Positions 12,950 through 26,879 of a DNA stretch of 64,000 nt are shown piece after piece. A program made the position numbers and the translations under genes. Within the stretch, counting starts at the first letter, position 1, and the number at the start of each line of letters is the position of its first letter. The stretch is from Camelus dromedarius (Eukaryota), in assembly GCF_036321535.1 (NCBI RefSeq), contig NC_087436.1, positions 42,162,001 through 42,226,000 on the forward strand. Reading direction: 5' to 3'. Below the pieces are notes generated by a model, which did not search any database, was not told the DNA's origin, and worked only from the letters and a program-made list of their open reading frames with translations.

Positions 12950-14425
12950 CTGAAAATGTATAGCAGACAATGAAATCTTCCAAAAATCAAACATTACTCC
13001 TGGTATGGGCTCTCTGGTTAAATTTTTAGATTTAAAATAAATGTTACATGATCTTTTGTCACTATTCTTTAAGAAGGAAACCATGCTTTAGTAACAATAA
13101 AAATTTAAGCTTCTTTTTCAAATTTTCATTCATTGAGGGCTAAATAAGAAATGCTTTGCTTAAATTGAGACCTATTTTCCTTCAGCCCTTCTCACCTATG
13201 CACAGACATGGAGGGAAAGCAACTCAATAAACCTATGCTAGAAAATCATTTTCCACCAGAACCCAGAAGGTGAAACCGGAAGGACCAGGGAGGACCACCC
13301 CTGGGTGGTCAATAGCTCAGGTCCTTGACACTGAGAGCCTGAGGGGAGGTGTGAAAATGGAAAGAAAGCAGCAAGTACCCTTCCCCAGCGTGGCCCCAGA
13401 GATAGCTCTGGGGGGCAAAGGACTTAATTAGGCTGTTTCCTGCCTTGATCTTTGAAAGATAAACCATAAAGGTGCTTAACAACTGGGAACATGGCAAGAG
13501 TTTCAAATGAGCAGATACAAACTGTCCTAAATAAAGCAGGTTTTGGGCTAACCCTAGTGGAGGAAATCTAATAGGGCTGGAATCCAAAGGGAGAAGGCTT
13601 GAAAGGTTGGAATAAAATATGTATCCATTTCAGAGCTCAGCCGGGAGAAGCAGGAGCTAATCCTCACACAGCTGTTACAAAGGAAAACCCGGATTACTCA
13701 GAGCCTACTTGTGTGGTTTGAGACGGTGGTGCCGACGTTGTTCACCGCTGTACCCGTAAAGCGCTCCCCCCAGTGGTGGGGGCAGGTACTAAATAAACAC
13801 ACGCTAAATAAGAGTTCAGGTCCGATTTTCACACATGGGGTTAGAAATCCCAGAGACAGACACATGTTGGCAGGGCCTCCCAAAGGAAGCTGGGGTAATC
13901 ACATGGGTCTGTTTCAGTTGGCATTAACTGGCAAGTTACTGTGTTTTTAAAGGTCTGGTCTCTTGGATAAAAGAAATCGAAAGCATTTATAAACGAAAAG
14001 GAAGCCCAAAAGTTTCCACGAAATATTTTATCTACTAAGTCATTCACCCATCATTTTCTACCTCATTCCAACACTGACTCATTTGAAGGAGTATGTAGAA
14101 AGGCATGCAATTACACATTTTAAAAATGATAATTAATAAGAGAAGGGTAAATGAGGGTAACATAAAAGTGCACCCGTCACAAGGATAAATCATTGTGCAT
14201 CGTATCTGCTTTCTATGCTATGGGCTAGACGTCTCTTTATCATTACACAATATTATAAATAAGTCCCTAGATTTCAATACACTAGGAAACAAAGTGAAAA
14301 GTCAGGGGCATCCTACTAATCTTGCTGAGGAACCAACAATGTGCTGGGCACTACTCAGACCTGTGGGCTAAGCAAGAGGATACTGAAAATCCACAGAGAA
14401 GAAACAACCTACATTATTGCCTTAC

Positions 14426-14568
14426 CTCCAAATCACTTTTTGGGGCAATCTTCCCAGAGCTCCGGCCAGTTTGTTAGCGATATCGTCTGACAGATACTTG
14501 ACACCAGCTCCGAAAGATACCAGGACAAAGCCATGTTCATTAGCACCATTTACCCACCTTTGGAGATC
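14426..14568 (-). CDS. UGT8: UGT8 coding exon 2 (DLQRWVNGANEHGFVLVSFGAGVKYLSDDIANKLAGALGRLPQKVIW-R)
   Basis: Hand-translated. Acceptor tttatag|GAT, donor AG|gtaagg, 143 nt. Confidence 0.97.
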
Positions 14569-17399
14569 CTATAAATCAAAATGCAGCAGTTACTTTTACA
14601 AAAGGATCATATAGTTCATAATCAGTGTTATCAACAGCCCAGTTTTTAAAAAGCTTTCAGATAATTTTCTTAAACAATCGGAAAGTGAAGAAGACATACT
14701 ATTTTCCTTTAAATAAATGCTGTCCTTTAAAATATTTCATCTGACAATGCTAACTAAAATAAGGATGGGCAGATAGTTAATTTGGCAAGCACAGTAAATA
14801 ACGACAACAACAAAAAATCAGTAGCTAATGGCCTGATATCTCAGACATAAGAAAAAAACTGAAACTGATGTTTTAAAACATGGTCAGAGATAAATCTGTA
14901 TGAGGATATAAGTAAAAGATGTAGACTGGACAGATGACAAAATAATTAACTACCACCCCCCCGACACACCCACCCAGGGAGATTTTTATTTTAGGAGAGG
15001 CTCATTTTATCTTAGTCTAAGCTTGATAATTTTCATCTCTGAAGAGCATACTGTATTATACGACTGAGGAAGAGAAGAAAGTAGCTAATAGTTCCAAAGA
15101 TCCAGAGGCCTAACAAGTTTCACTATTTCTCTAATTATTTCTTCAACTCTCACAGAATAGAAATCATACATGCTCTACAGTCAGGCATCCAGGGTTCTGG
15201 AAGTCCCTAAGCAATCGCTTTCCCTCTCTGTGTGGGAAAACGCTAAGTCCTCAAACACATCCACCTACGGCGGACAGACGCAGGGCCACAGCAGGTCTGA
15301 TGTTAAGCAGAGACCACCCTCAAACTGCAGGAATTATTCGTTTCACAGGAAGACACGTTAACACATCTCTGCCAGTCTGGTGCACTTTACTGAAAGTGAA
15401 AGCAGTTTGTTAGAAGGGATACCACCCTTGCTTTATTTTATTCTGCAGGCATGAGCTTGTTTTTACGGTAAGTTGTCCCTTTGAATAAGTCTTTGTCAGA
15501 GACACTGAGCTGCAGTTTCCCATATGAAAATTAATAAAGCCACAGCACTTTGAAGAACTCATAATTCCACGTAAGGAAAACAAACATGCTGTCTGTCGGC
15601 AACACCTATGCCATGATGTAGTCGCGAAAAAGGGGACAGACCCACTTTGTATTCAGAAGGCGCAGAGTGAGCTGCCAGGGTGACGTCTCAGACCCTGCAG
15701 CTCTCTCGTTCAGGAGGAAGAAGTCACTGCGATGACTGTCACCCTCGCTGTCTTAATTTCACACCACTTTCTGGCTTAATCTGATTTGCAGCTGGGAGGT
15801 AACTGCTCAGTAAGAAGTACCATCACAACGGCCTCACCGCGTAGCTCAGAGCTGAGTATTTTTTAACATGGAACGTTAGGCCTCTCTCTGCCTTTCTTTT
15901 CTTTGCTTCTTTCCCCTTTACTTTTCCTTTTATCACTTAATGAGATCTGCGTTAACTGGCTCTATCACATTTATTCTTAGCAGGGAGAAGGGGACCACAT
16001 TTTATGCCCCCAGTGAATTAGTGAACAGTGTTGTTAGAAGACCAAGACGGAAAGGAGGGGCACCCTTCTGGCTACTGAGTGAGTAAAACAGGTTATAATC
16101 ATTTATTGTTATCAAAACACTTACTTTTCCAGGAAACTCTATTTATTAATGAATATAGAAAAGACATAGAGAATACATCAACTGTGGATTAAAGCTTCTA
16201 ACTTATATTCTACTACATTTACCAAGAATATCACATGTGCTGAAAATTTAACAGTGTGAGCTGTGGATTCAAAGAAACAAAACAAACTGATTGAGAATTT
16301 CCCTTTCCTATATAGTCTTAAGCCAGACCAGACCTACTTAACACAGATATAAATGCTGCAGAGTAGAATGATTTGAATACATATGGTATTTTCTCCCTAC
16401 GGTTTGTTTTCAAATAACTTATCACCTACTATTCAATTCTCTAAAGATAAAACTTTCAGGGTCAATGCCATTTACAAAACGTTTACATTCAGAAATACAA
16501 AGCTGTAGGGGAATAACACATTATTTAAATTTTGTTTCCCAGGGACTTAAAAGGTCTTTGGGCTTCAACTGACTTCATGCATAGCTAGTATAAAATCTTC
16601 TCCAGTTGTTTGTTCTTTGTTTTGCATGATATAAAATGAAATCCATAAACCTATCTGTCCAGCTTTTTTCCTACTGTAGTCATTAACCATCACACAAATA
16701 TATTCAAGTATAACGTCTTTATTGAAATGGAAGGGAGTAGAGAAAAGATTATTCATTATGGTTCCCTTCAGGGAAAGTACTCAGCATCTTGGATCATATT
16801 CCACTTGGCTTGGAGGGGAGAGTGAGGCCCTAGGTGATACCCCTACTGCTATGTCCTGAGCTGAAGGCAGAAGAGAGGAAGTGAGAGGTTGGAGCAGAGG
16901 GAGTGAGGGAGGGGCACCTGGCTGGTCCTGGATGGGCCACCTCCCAGCAGACTCCAACCCGCAGCCTAAAGTCACAGAATGTTTGGTGTGGCTGATGTTT
17001 CGTGGGAACACAGAAGGGGCTGGGTTTGGGTTTGGCTGCGAAAGTGACCTTCAGCTGGTGTGAGAAGATGCAAGAGCCAGAGGCTGAAGGGATCTAGAAT
17101 TTGCTCAACTCAGGGTGAAGACTTTGGAACTGGAATTTCAAGAAAATGTGTCTAGCTCTCCAAAGGACTGGGACGCCAGGGGCATCTCAACTCTACACAA
17201 GTATGCAGTATTTTCTGGAATTTAAGACCTTATCAATTATAAAGTATAAATTGATTTAATAACAACTCTTCACAAAGGAAAACGTCCTTCATAATAAATG
17301 TGATTAATGTAAAAAACGAAAACCAAAAACCAATTCTAGAAGCCTACCACAGCTAAAAATATAGGCACTTTAGAATATCCCATCCTTGGGGCAAATATC

Positions 17400-18380
17400 A
17401 ATTTTTAAAAATTGACCTGAAATAGCAAAACAGAACAAAACACCTCACAATATCAACAAAAATCACACATATCTAAGAGTAGAGTAAACCTAACAAAATA
17501 TATAAGATGCACATAAAGAAAATAAGAAAATTTTGCCAAAGGACAAAAAAGAAAACCTGTTCACACGAAGAGATGTAACATGCACCGGGAAGGAAACATC
17601 GATGTTAAGAAGATGCTAATTTTTTTACAAAATTAAGTTCAATGCATCCTCAGCCTATATTCCAAAAGGATTGTTCTTTGTCACAGAACTTGAAAAGCTG
17701 AGTCTAAAATTCATCTAGAAAAGAAAATATATAAGAAAGGCCAAGAAAATTTTGAAAAAGAACAGAGAGAGGGCTTATCCTTCAAGATACTAAAATGTAC
17801 TTTAGAATCTAGAACCATCACAGTGAACGTCTTCAGTACCAGGGGAAGAGAGAGCAATGAGGTGACAGAGAGACTGCCTGGCAGGTAGGAAGTCAGGGTT
17901 TATTAGCAGAGAACGGAGGACATCCAGCCATGAATTCGGAAAAAATAATGAGTTAGAGGTCCTTCCACTAATACAAAATACAGAAAGATTAAAAAGTTAA
18001 ATGAATTAAAATATATGAAATACTTAAAGAAAACCCACAAAATTAATATTATTGCATCTGGGTGGGGAAGACCTTCCGGAGCCAGTCACAGAGCCCAGAG
18101 GTCATAAATAGAAAAGACTGATCAATACAACCAGGGAACAATCAAAATCTATAGTATGAAAGACATTTAAAACCAAAGAAAGATAAATCAATGCATGAGT
18201 ACTTGTAACACATATAATAATGGACTAATGTCTAAAACAACATAATGAGGGGAAGAACACAAACCACTTGGGAAAACATCCACTTCACAGACGGAAAGCA
18301 AATGGGATAAACACGGAAAGATGTTTCGCTTCATATGGTTAATCAAATACAAATTCAAACTGTTTTCACCTCTTATTCTC
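17400..18380 (+). mobile_element. Old, degraded L1 (L1M-type) ORF2 fragment
   Basis: A-rich, with L1 ORF2-like segments (gaacttgaaaagctgagtctaaaattcatc, gccaagaaaattttgaaaaagaac). Bounds approximate. Confidence 0.7.
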
Positions 18381-18439
18381 TCCATGGTCTACACAGCACT
18401 CTATTAGATGCTGTCAATATATTATCATTTAATTCATTT

Positions 18440-18900
18440 TAACTTAAGAATTAAATGTAGTATTTACCTTTAAGTATTCCATATTTTTATGTCAACTTCT
18501 TTTTTTGCTAAGTGGTCCCTGGGTTTATTGTCTTATTTCGCAAACTTTTCCCACTTTTAGACTATCTTTTAAATATCCATACTTTCCTTTAGTAATTTTA
18601 TATAATTTCATTTCTTTAATTTTTAACCTTTCCTCATCCGGAATTTTTTTGGGGAAAGAATGAGACCGGGATCCATCTTTATTTTTAATCAGTCAGCCTT
18701 CTCAACAATACTGAATATTTCATCTTGTCCTCATTTATTTGTTGTCTCAGTAATTCCTAAATTCTACTCTGTCCCACTGGTCTGTCTGTTCATTCCTGTG
18801 CCTGTGTCAAAGAGTTTTATTTATTGTGCTTTTATAGTACATTTTAATATTTGCAGTGTTAGATTTATCACAACTATTCATTTAAGGACTTTGTTTTTTT
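18440..18900 (-). mobile_element. Old L1 ORF2 fragment in the opposite orientation
   Basis: T-rich; ctctgtcccactggtctgtctgttcattcctgtgcc...ttttatagtacattttaatatttg resembles the antisense of the L1 KTVWYWHKNRHIDQWNR region. Confidence 0.6.
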
Positions 18901-20724
18901 TAACACATCAACTGCCATTTACTATCAGGACCACTTCTAGTACACTCACGTATGTTATGGACATGTGAGCATATATGTACAGAATAAACACGTTACTTCA
19001 CCTACCCCATGAGCTCAGAAATGCAGTCAGCATTTTATACCTAATTGGCCAGCGCTGCACACAAGGCTCCACTAGGTGGCGCAGCAGGAGCAGAGCGTGG
19101 AGGTCTGGGCTCTGCAGAGAGCTTCCCAGACTCAGGCCCCAATCCAGAGCTTGTATCTAGGGTTTTTCCTGCTCATTGTCTAGGGGAAGGAATCTGTCAT
19201 TTCCAAAATGTAAATAACAGCAAAATCATCACATAGTGGGTCAAACATGAGGCAGGAAAGAAGCAACAGTCAGGTGCTTCTCTCACTATATGACCATGAA
19301 TAATTCCATTTCTGTGCAATTAAAGTAACCAGTTTAGACACTTACCTACACTTTGCTATGTAGCTTCTCAAAAGACAACCTCACAATAAGAATAATCATT
19401 TTATCTTCTTGTAGAGTTAAGTAAGTAAAGCGTCTTAAGCCCTTTGTGGAAAAAGTTAGCATAATAAAGAAATATGGATTATATATTTATCATAATCAAA
19501 TGCTACATATTAACATACTTCCTTTTTTTTTTGATCATGACCCGGTACACGTGATATGTTTTCTTGTACTGCCGAATTTCTTTTGCTAGAGTAATTATAC
19601 ACCAAATACCTTGGCTTGGTTGTGGGAAGAATAAAGCACCACAGAAAGTATCTCTTCTAACCCCCTCCCCACTTCCCTCCAGGTAGCACCGTTCAAAATG
19701 AGCGGGGTGAAGTCGCCCTACTCTGTGAGACAGGAGATGGGGATGGAACAGAAACCAAAATGGGTACCAGTGTTAGATTGGGGGAACAAACACTCCCAGG
19801 GTATAAAACGTTCAATAACTTTAGGTAATGTTTTGACATGACGAATGTCGAGAAAACGGAAGATAGTGGAAAAATATTCAAAGAATGAGAGTTGAAAGCA
19901 GGATCTTGAGACTTTCAGAAAAGATAATCATTGGGTGACTTGGGTGACTCCTTTTTGATACACTTAGCTTCCTACCCAAAACAAACAGAAACACCTTATT
20001 AATTGTAGCCAATGTAAAACACATCCCAATTTCAGAAATGCAAAAGTAGACTTTTAAAAGGTAATCACTCTAGAACCAAAGAAAGAATATCTAATTAAGA
20101 GCTGGGGTGGCGCAGGCCCACCCCTACCCTGTCTAGGCTTCATTTTGAGGACATCAGAATCTGGACTGACCCCGAGGGAAATCTTTAACAGCTCCGAGGC
20201 CTGGGGACAGACCAGGCTGCAGAGGTTAGCACCAGATCTGTCCTGACGGCAGCCTATGAAATCTACTCCTTTCTCTTCCCACAAAATAGAAGCCTTGAGA
20301 GGGGGCCAGTGCGGCTGAGAAACCAATAACACTGCATCCTTTGTCAGCGCCAACCATTGGAGGCAAAGAATGCCTGGACTGTGAGAGAATCCTACACAGA
20401 GATGATTGGTGGTGGTGGGGGGTACCTCTTTTTTTATTCCGAACATCAACATCTTTTTTTTATTCCGAACATCAACATCAACTCTCTTCCCATTTGAAAG
20501 GGTTCAGGTGGGCTGCACAGAATTGAAATACTCATTCTGCAAGACCCATTAGGTAGGATAATCATGAACATTTTCATCAGGAGTCATCAAACGTGGTCTT
20601 TGACCACTGCTAGGAGAGTTAACCATGACTTATTAAACAAACGATAACAAAAAAATACCACTGGAAATATGAAAGTTACCATTAAGAATGGAAACATATC
20701 AACCATTATTTTCACTGAGTTAAC

Positions 20725-20915
20725 TGGCAAAGGATTTGGTTTAAACCCCAGTTCCATAATTTGCTACGCAATCTTCAGCAAGCTAGCTGCCTGTTCTCTC
20801 TGAGGCCCAGCTCTCCCATCTTTAAAAAGGCTGATAATACTTCACAGGGACACTGGGAAGATTAAACGAAATCAAATATATAAAAGTGCTTTGTCACATA
20901 AAAAGTATGCTGTTA
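20725..20915 (+). mobile_element. MIR SINE
   Basis: ctctctgaggcccagctctcccatctttaaaaagg...gaagattaaacgaaatcaaatatataaaagtgctttg. Confidence 0.75.
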
Positions 20916-21954
20916 TTTTTCCCTGGGCAGGAAATCTGATAAGCAATACGCAGATTATGGATGGAAATGATATCACAGTGAGAAAAGGGGAGAAAAAATA
21001 CAGTCATTCTGCACCAAGATATTTTCTCTCAATTACACATAACTCCGTTTTGCCATGTTTTTGATTCTTCAGAATAAAGCTGGTTAAAACAAACACACAA
21101 ATGAGAAGTAGTACAAAAAGTGTTTTCTGTGCAATATCAAATCTAATTGTCAGTGTTTCAGAATTTTCAAGTTATTTCTAAGATTATCTAAAGGGGTTAA
21201 CCACAGCTAACCCAAAGAAGCAATAGAGTGGTTATTGTCAAGGTGATGGTTCTATTTAAAAAAAAAAAAATCTCAGAAGATGTCTTCACTACCACAGTGA
21301 ACATTCAGAACTAAGTACCTAGCAGGGTGTATTCATTTCCACTGAGATTCTGCAGTATCTTTTTTCTTTCTCATAAGGCTTTTAATTTTTGGCATTACAT
21401 TTACAATGAAAAGAAGTAAGCAAAATTTGAAACCCCGACTTGACTTTGAAGACAGTTGAATTTTCAAAGCTCTTAAAACCTTCAAGAAACTACACACAGT
21501 CAGGATATCCCAAGGGTATGACCGTGGCAAGGTACAGAGGGCACTCCAAAAAGAAACCACTAGGTGTAAAAAGATGAAAATCTCACAAGAAAAAAAAAAA
21601 AAGTCCAAAAAATGACATCTAAATCTTTCTCATGTTACAAAAGGAAATTAAGAATCCAGAGGCTTGGGGAGAGAGAGAGAGATGTGAACATGCTGATTTG
21701 TAACAGACAAGGAGAAGGGGGGTGTCGGGGGAGGGCTACAGATGCAGAAAGAGGAGGCACGTGTTTTCTTCACACGTGTGACTGCAGCAGACAGATCTGC
21801 GATCCTGGGACATTCTTTCCAAAACAATCTGCTGTCAACTAAATGCTCAAAGTTCTGCTGAGAAAAAAAAAAAAAAAAAAAAAAAAAGGCCATTGCTATC
21901 AAATACTAGTTAATCGAACAGTATTCCAGCATGTCAGGTGGGCTTCAGGGTCTA

Positions 21955-22090
21955 CTCATTAATTGAGCAAACACTACTGAGCACCTGCTGTGTACCATCC
22001 CTGGCATTCTTCCAGGCACTTGAGACATATCAAAGAATACATTACATTTGTGAACAAAAATTCCTGCCCTCAGAGAGTTTACGTTCTTAA
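21955..22090 (-). mobile_element. L2 3'-end fragment (further L2-like sequence ~22600-23100)
   Basis: actgagcacctgctgtgt...ccaggcacttgaga...cctgccctcagagagtttac is typical of the antisense L2 3' end. Confidence 0.7.
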
Positions 22091-24279
22091 CAACGTGCGC
22101 ATAATCTAACTTTCTACCCTTACCTCCCATCAGGTTTCTACAAGCATCCCCTCTTCATTCCTCAAATACAGCCTGTGGTACCTGGCATTTTCTCCTCACA
22201 ACACAGTTGTTTATCGCAGTCCCGACAAAGGATTCTGACTCTGTTATCTCTCTCAGGGTGCATATCACATCACTCGTAGTGTGTGAGTTTATGCACAAGA
22301 CTTTCTCTCTTCTTCAGTGCTGAGTCATAGTAGGTTTTCACAACTTTTTCTTTTAATAAATCAAGAAAGCTAATAGTAATCCACATCCTTAAAAAAGATA
22401 AACAATAAATACATTGCTTTTTTTCATTCAGTTCCTTAGATAAATAACACTGTCTTTTCCCTAGAAATTTGAGCTAACAAAGAGAATGCTGGGCATTTTT
22501 TAAGTTGAACAACATGCCCTGTTTGGAGAAAATATACCTGCCCGCCTTCTTCCTTCTAGGAAAAGCAAAATGAAGCTTTCTTTGGGATAATCACAATGTT
22601 GGGTCACAAAGACACAATGAACAAGGCAAAATCCATGTCTGGGGTGAAGGCAGATGAGTGAAATGGCTGTAATAAAGTGAGATTCATGCAGGAAAAGACT
22701 ACCGTAGGACGTTTTACAGAAGATGGGAGAGTAGAGTGAGGAGACGGGGCAGGACGGAGCTGAGGGTCTGACCCAAGGCAGCGCTGCCGAGAAGAGGAAG
22801 CAGTGGGTGCAGGTGGGTGTTTCTCAGAACCAAAGACTTAGTGAGTGGTTGGGAGAGGATGGGGTCTAGCATGACTTCCAGGTTTCTGGGTTGGAATACT
22901 TTTACAGTTAACCAAGAGAAGAAACATATATGGAGATGCAGGTCTGAGAGGGGAAGAAGAGTTTATATTTGAATGTAATGAATTTTAGATTTCTATGTAA
23001 TATCCAAGTGGATCTATCTAGAAAGCAGTGGGAAATAGGAAACTTGGGAGGGAAACTGGGCTGTGCATACATCTTTGTAGAACCCTCAGTTACATCGAGG
23101 GGAAACACATGAGTGTCAGGGACACTAGGAGACCAGTGGTCTCTTTATTGCATCTTTCTCCCAAAGGGAACGTGGTGAAGAAATTCCTGCAATTCTTAAG
23201 GAGAAGTAAGAAAAAGAGATTCTGGGTCTAAAATCCCTAACAGAGTAAATGAGTTACACTTCTGCTCAGAGCACTACTTAGAACGTGGTCCGCTAGTTCA
23301 GTGAGCAGGGATGCAGAAAACAGAAGGGACCTGCCTGCAGTTTGAGCCCAGGGGAGCCCCCAAAAGGTCAGTTGGGCCCTATGCTCCATCCCGTTCCTTC
23401 AGGGAGGACCCCAAAGCAAATCAAAGTCGCTCAATGACCATGACTGTGATTCCACTAGTCCTCTTTCATCTGATGGCTTTAATTCCATGGAGTCCCAGGC
23501 TGGGCTCTGCAGACCACCTGCAAACTGAGCAGGTGGGAGCAGCGGTGTTTACAGCTGGAGTCTAATAACCCATTGAATTCAGCACCATTCAGGCAGAAAA
23601 GACAGTGACTTCCTGACCAGCAAAACTAGCACCTGGCCTAAAAGAAGACTATGTGAAACAAAATAAGGACGTTTGAGAAAGGAAGACCACATAAATTTTT
23701 ATATTTCTTAGAACTCATTATTTTCAGCTGAGAAATTCCTGCTAAAAATGTCTCTATAACTCCCTGTCCTATCACATAATATAACTTAGAACTATAAAGA
23801 AATGGACATGGTAGTTCACTGACAAGTATGTTTTGCTCTATGTCTGAATTAAGACATTGGACTAAAATTAAAAAGCAAAGTGAAATGGCATATAGCAGAA
23901 AGAAACTGGACAAAATTACCTAGAAGCTGATTAGTCTTTATTTACCTTTGCAAGAGAAGGATGTAATCATTTTATTCCTTTTATGATAGCATTTCATTAT
24001 AAATCCTAACTCTTTGCTCTCCACAATATTAACAAACTTGTTGTTGTCTCACTGGGAACTATAAATAAAAGATTGTAGATAATCTATTCATTTTTATTTT
24101 TAAATTTAAACTTTCCTCCATCAATTTCAGCATCTGATTAACACATTTAAGGGCAAATTATTTTTTAAAAAACTAGATACAGGGAATTGGTAAGTAGTCT
24201 ATCTAGTAAAAACAACCTAGGAAGATATAAATTATTAATCATATGTGAAAATCACAGCAAAAGACATAGGACGTACATT

Positions 24280-24828
24280 GTGCAGTAGACTGTGTTTTCC
24301 CAGCAATAATTCAAGCAATAATGTCACTCTCGCACGTGCTTTCAGAACCTTCCTACTTCCCATCATGTGGGGCTGTGTACACAGCCTTTGAACCTCGGCA
24401 GGCTTGTGACTTTCCTGATCAATAGAATTTAGTGGAAGTAATGACATGTGCCCGTAAATGCTAGGCCATTAAAAAAAGGATACCGATGCCACCTACTTTC
24501 TCTCGGAACATGCACCCTTGTGCCCGATCACCCTGCTACGAGCAGATCCACACCATATGGGGGGACCACAAATCGGTTTTCTAATGGCTGCAATTAAGGT
24601 CTCAGCCACCAGCCAATATCAATAGTCAAATACTGGACTCAATGAACCTGCAGATGATTCCAGCTTCTAGCTCTCAAGTTGTCCAGCTGAGGCCTCAGAC
24701 AACAGGAAGCACTGGAAAGCCATTCCTGCTGAGCCCTGCCTGAATCACTCACCTACGGATTCTATGAGCAAATGACTGGCTGTTTAAATGTCACTATGGG
24801 TGTTCTTACAGCTCGAGGAACTGGAATG
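24280..24828 (+). mobile_element. MaLR (MLT1-type) solo LTR
   Basis: cttgtgactttcctgatcaatagaatttagtggaagtaatg...gatgattccagc...cagctgaggcctcagaca...gagccctgcctgaat. Subfamily not resolved. Confidence 0.75.
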
Positions 24829-26879
24829 TCTCAAAAGATCTTCATGTGCTTACTTTCTCAAGAGTCACAGATGGATTTTAAAACAGAGCTAAGAGAGCCG
24901 CATGAAATCCCTAGCCCAGAACTTTCCTTTTTCACAGAAGAGACTGGGGGAACAGGGAGTAACTAACCATCACTGAATACCTACGTTGTGACTTCTAACC
25001 CATCTCAATGATTTCTTCTAAGAAAACAAAATAATGAATAAAGTTGAGGTCCAGTAATAAAAAAGAACCTAATTCGGAGCCATGGACCTATGATCCACAT
25101 CAATACTTCAGTAGAGACAAATGTCATATTTACCTGGTATTTTCCCCAAACAATTCTTATAGCCACGCACCCTTTTGATGTGTATTGATATTAGCAACGG
25201 GGACTGAGTGCAGTGCCCTTAATTAATCTGCAGGCATATTCATGTCATCAGTAATTCAATACAGTTAAACTGTCATTGGTCCCTTTCAATGCTCCAGGCA
25301 ATAGGTGCCAGGAATACAAAAGAGCAAGACGTGGGTCCCTGCCCAGAACCTCCAGGTCAGATGCATGGGCTTCACCATCAGCTTCACAGGAATCCTGCCT
25401 TTGCCCCATTTCCTCCCTCCACGCTGGGGAAATGGACACTCTGGAAATATACTCCCAAAATACTCATTTACATTAAATTTCTGTACATTGTAAGCCAGTT
25501 TGCTCTTGATTTCAGAGTTGAATTTCCAATGGCAAAATGTGATGACAAGCAATTAAAAGTTGTATGCTAACAGTTCCCAAAACAACTGGAAACACACTGA
25601 TAGTTCAATTATATTAAAAGCCAAAAAAAAAAAAAATTCTTTGGCAACTAAAGAATCCCTTCATAAATCAAAGAAAATCTCTCTTTCTGATGTTACTATA
25701 CTGATGTTCAGAGTTTTGAGATTATAAACCTGTAAAGAGAAGAACAGGAAATGCAAATATTGACTAACATCAGTCTGGTTCATAGCACCTTCAGGGTAAA
25801 TCATTCAATTAGATCCTTCAGGTCAATGACAGCATCAGAGTGCACCCGAGCCTCAAGCTTCTCCAGAAAGAAATGCCTAAAGAAATAGGAATGAAGCCAG
25901 ACAAAGACCAAATTATGCAGTAAGATCATATCCTATGATCTCATGGATATTTTCCTTAACTCTTGTGTCTTTCCATGCTGAGCATGAAGAGTGTCCATGG
26001 CCAGGAAGAAGGCAGGAAGTCTTCGGTTTACTTTTGCTCTCGGTGTGGGGTGGGTGACTATACAGACTAGAAAACTAGGGACTGACCCACCCCTCCCCTC
26101 CATCTCACTCCCCCTTTAGATAATCTATTCCCACAACTATTCAGGAAGTACCACTCCTCCCATGGGACAAAGCCAATGACCCAGAAAGGTCCGGGCGATG
26201 GTGCCTGGATCCCGGGATGAGCACATGAGTCACCTCAGGGAAAGCATTTCTCCCTGGGGCAGAAACATGCAGAACCATGGCAACAGGGCCTGCTAGTCTG
26301 TGTAATCGTCCACGTACCACCCCATATAAAGACAATGCACAAAGCAAGTCTCACTCTCTGCTTGGATAGAGAACAGGAAGATCAAAGGGAGACAAAAATC
26401 CTAGCAGGGCCCAGCGAAGGCTCTACAAATGAAGGATGACCACCAGAAGGCTGTGCGGGGCTGTTAGGCCTCTCAGCCTCCCTCCAGGTACTGCTCGGAC
26501 AGGGGCACTCCCTCAGGATATTCGTACTCTAAAGTCAACTCCGTGGAACTAAATTTTGGATTTATCTGTTCTTCTAATTCACCAATGAACATGACTTCCT
26601 TCCATTAATATGAATAACCGCAATGCTCCCAGAGAAGCCTGCAGTAGACATCTATCTTTGAACAAGCAACCCAAAATGTCCTTTCTCACCACTTTTCTTT
26701 TTATCCTAATGCCTGGGCCCTCTCAAAAGTTTACTGTCCCATCTGAACCAGTGTATCTAAAAAGTCTTTTTCAAGGACTTGCCACTCAAGGCTCAAGTTC
26801 TCAATTTTTCTTAACTTTATCAATGAGAAAATCTTAAAATTTGCATTGACAAAGCAAGGCTGATCTGTTTCTCACTTCT

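Noticed and set aside
19338..19360. TAG|GTAAGT as another recursive splice site (similar motifs near 24750 and 41175)
   Set aside because: No pyrimidine tract, and AGs lie just upstream.
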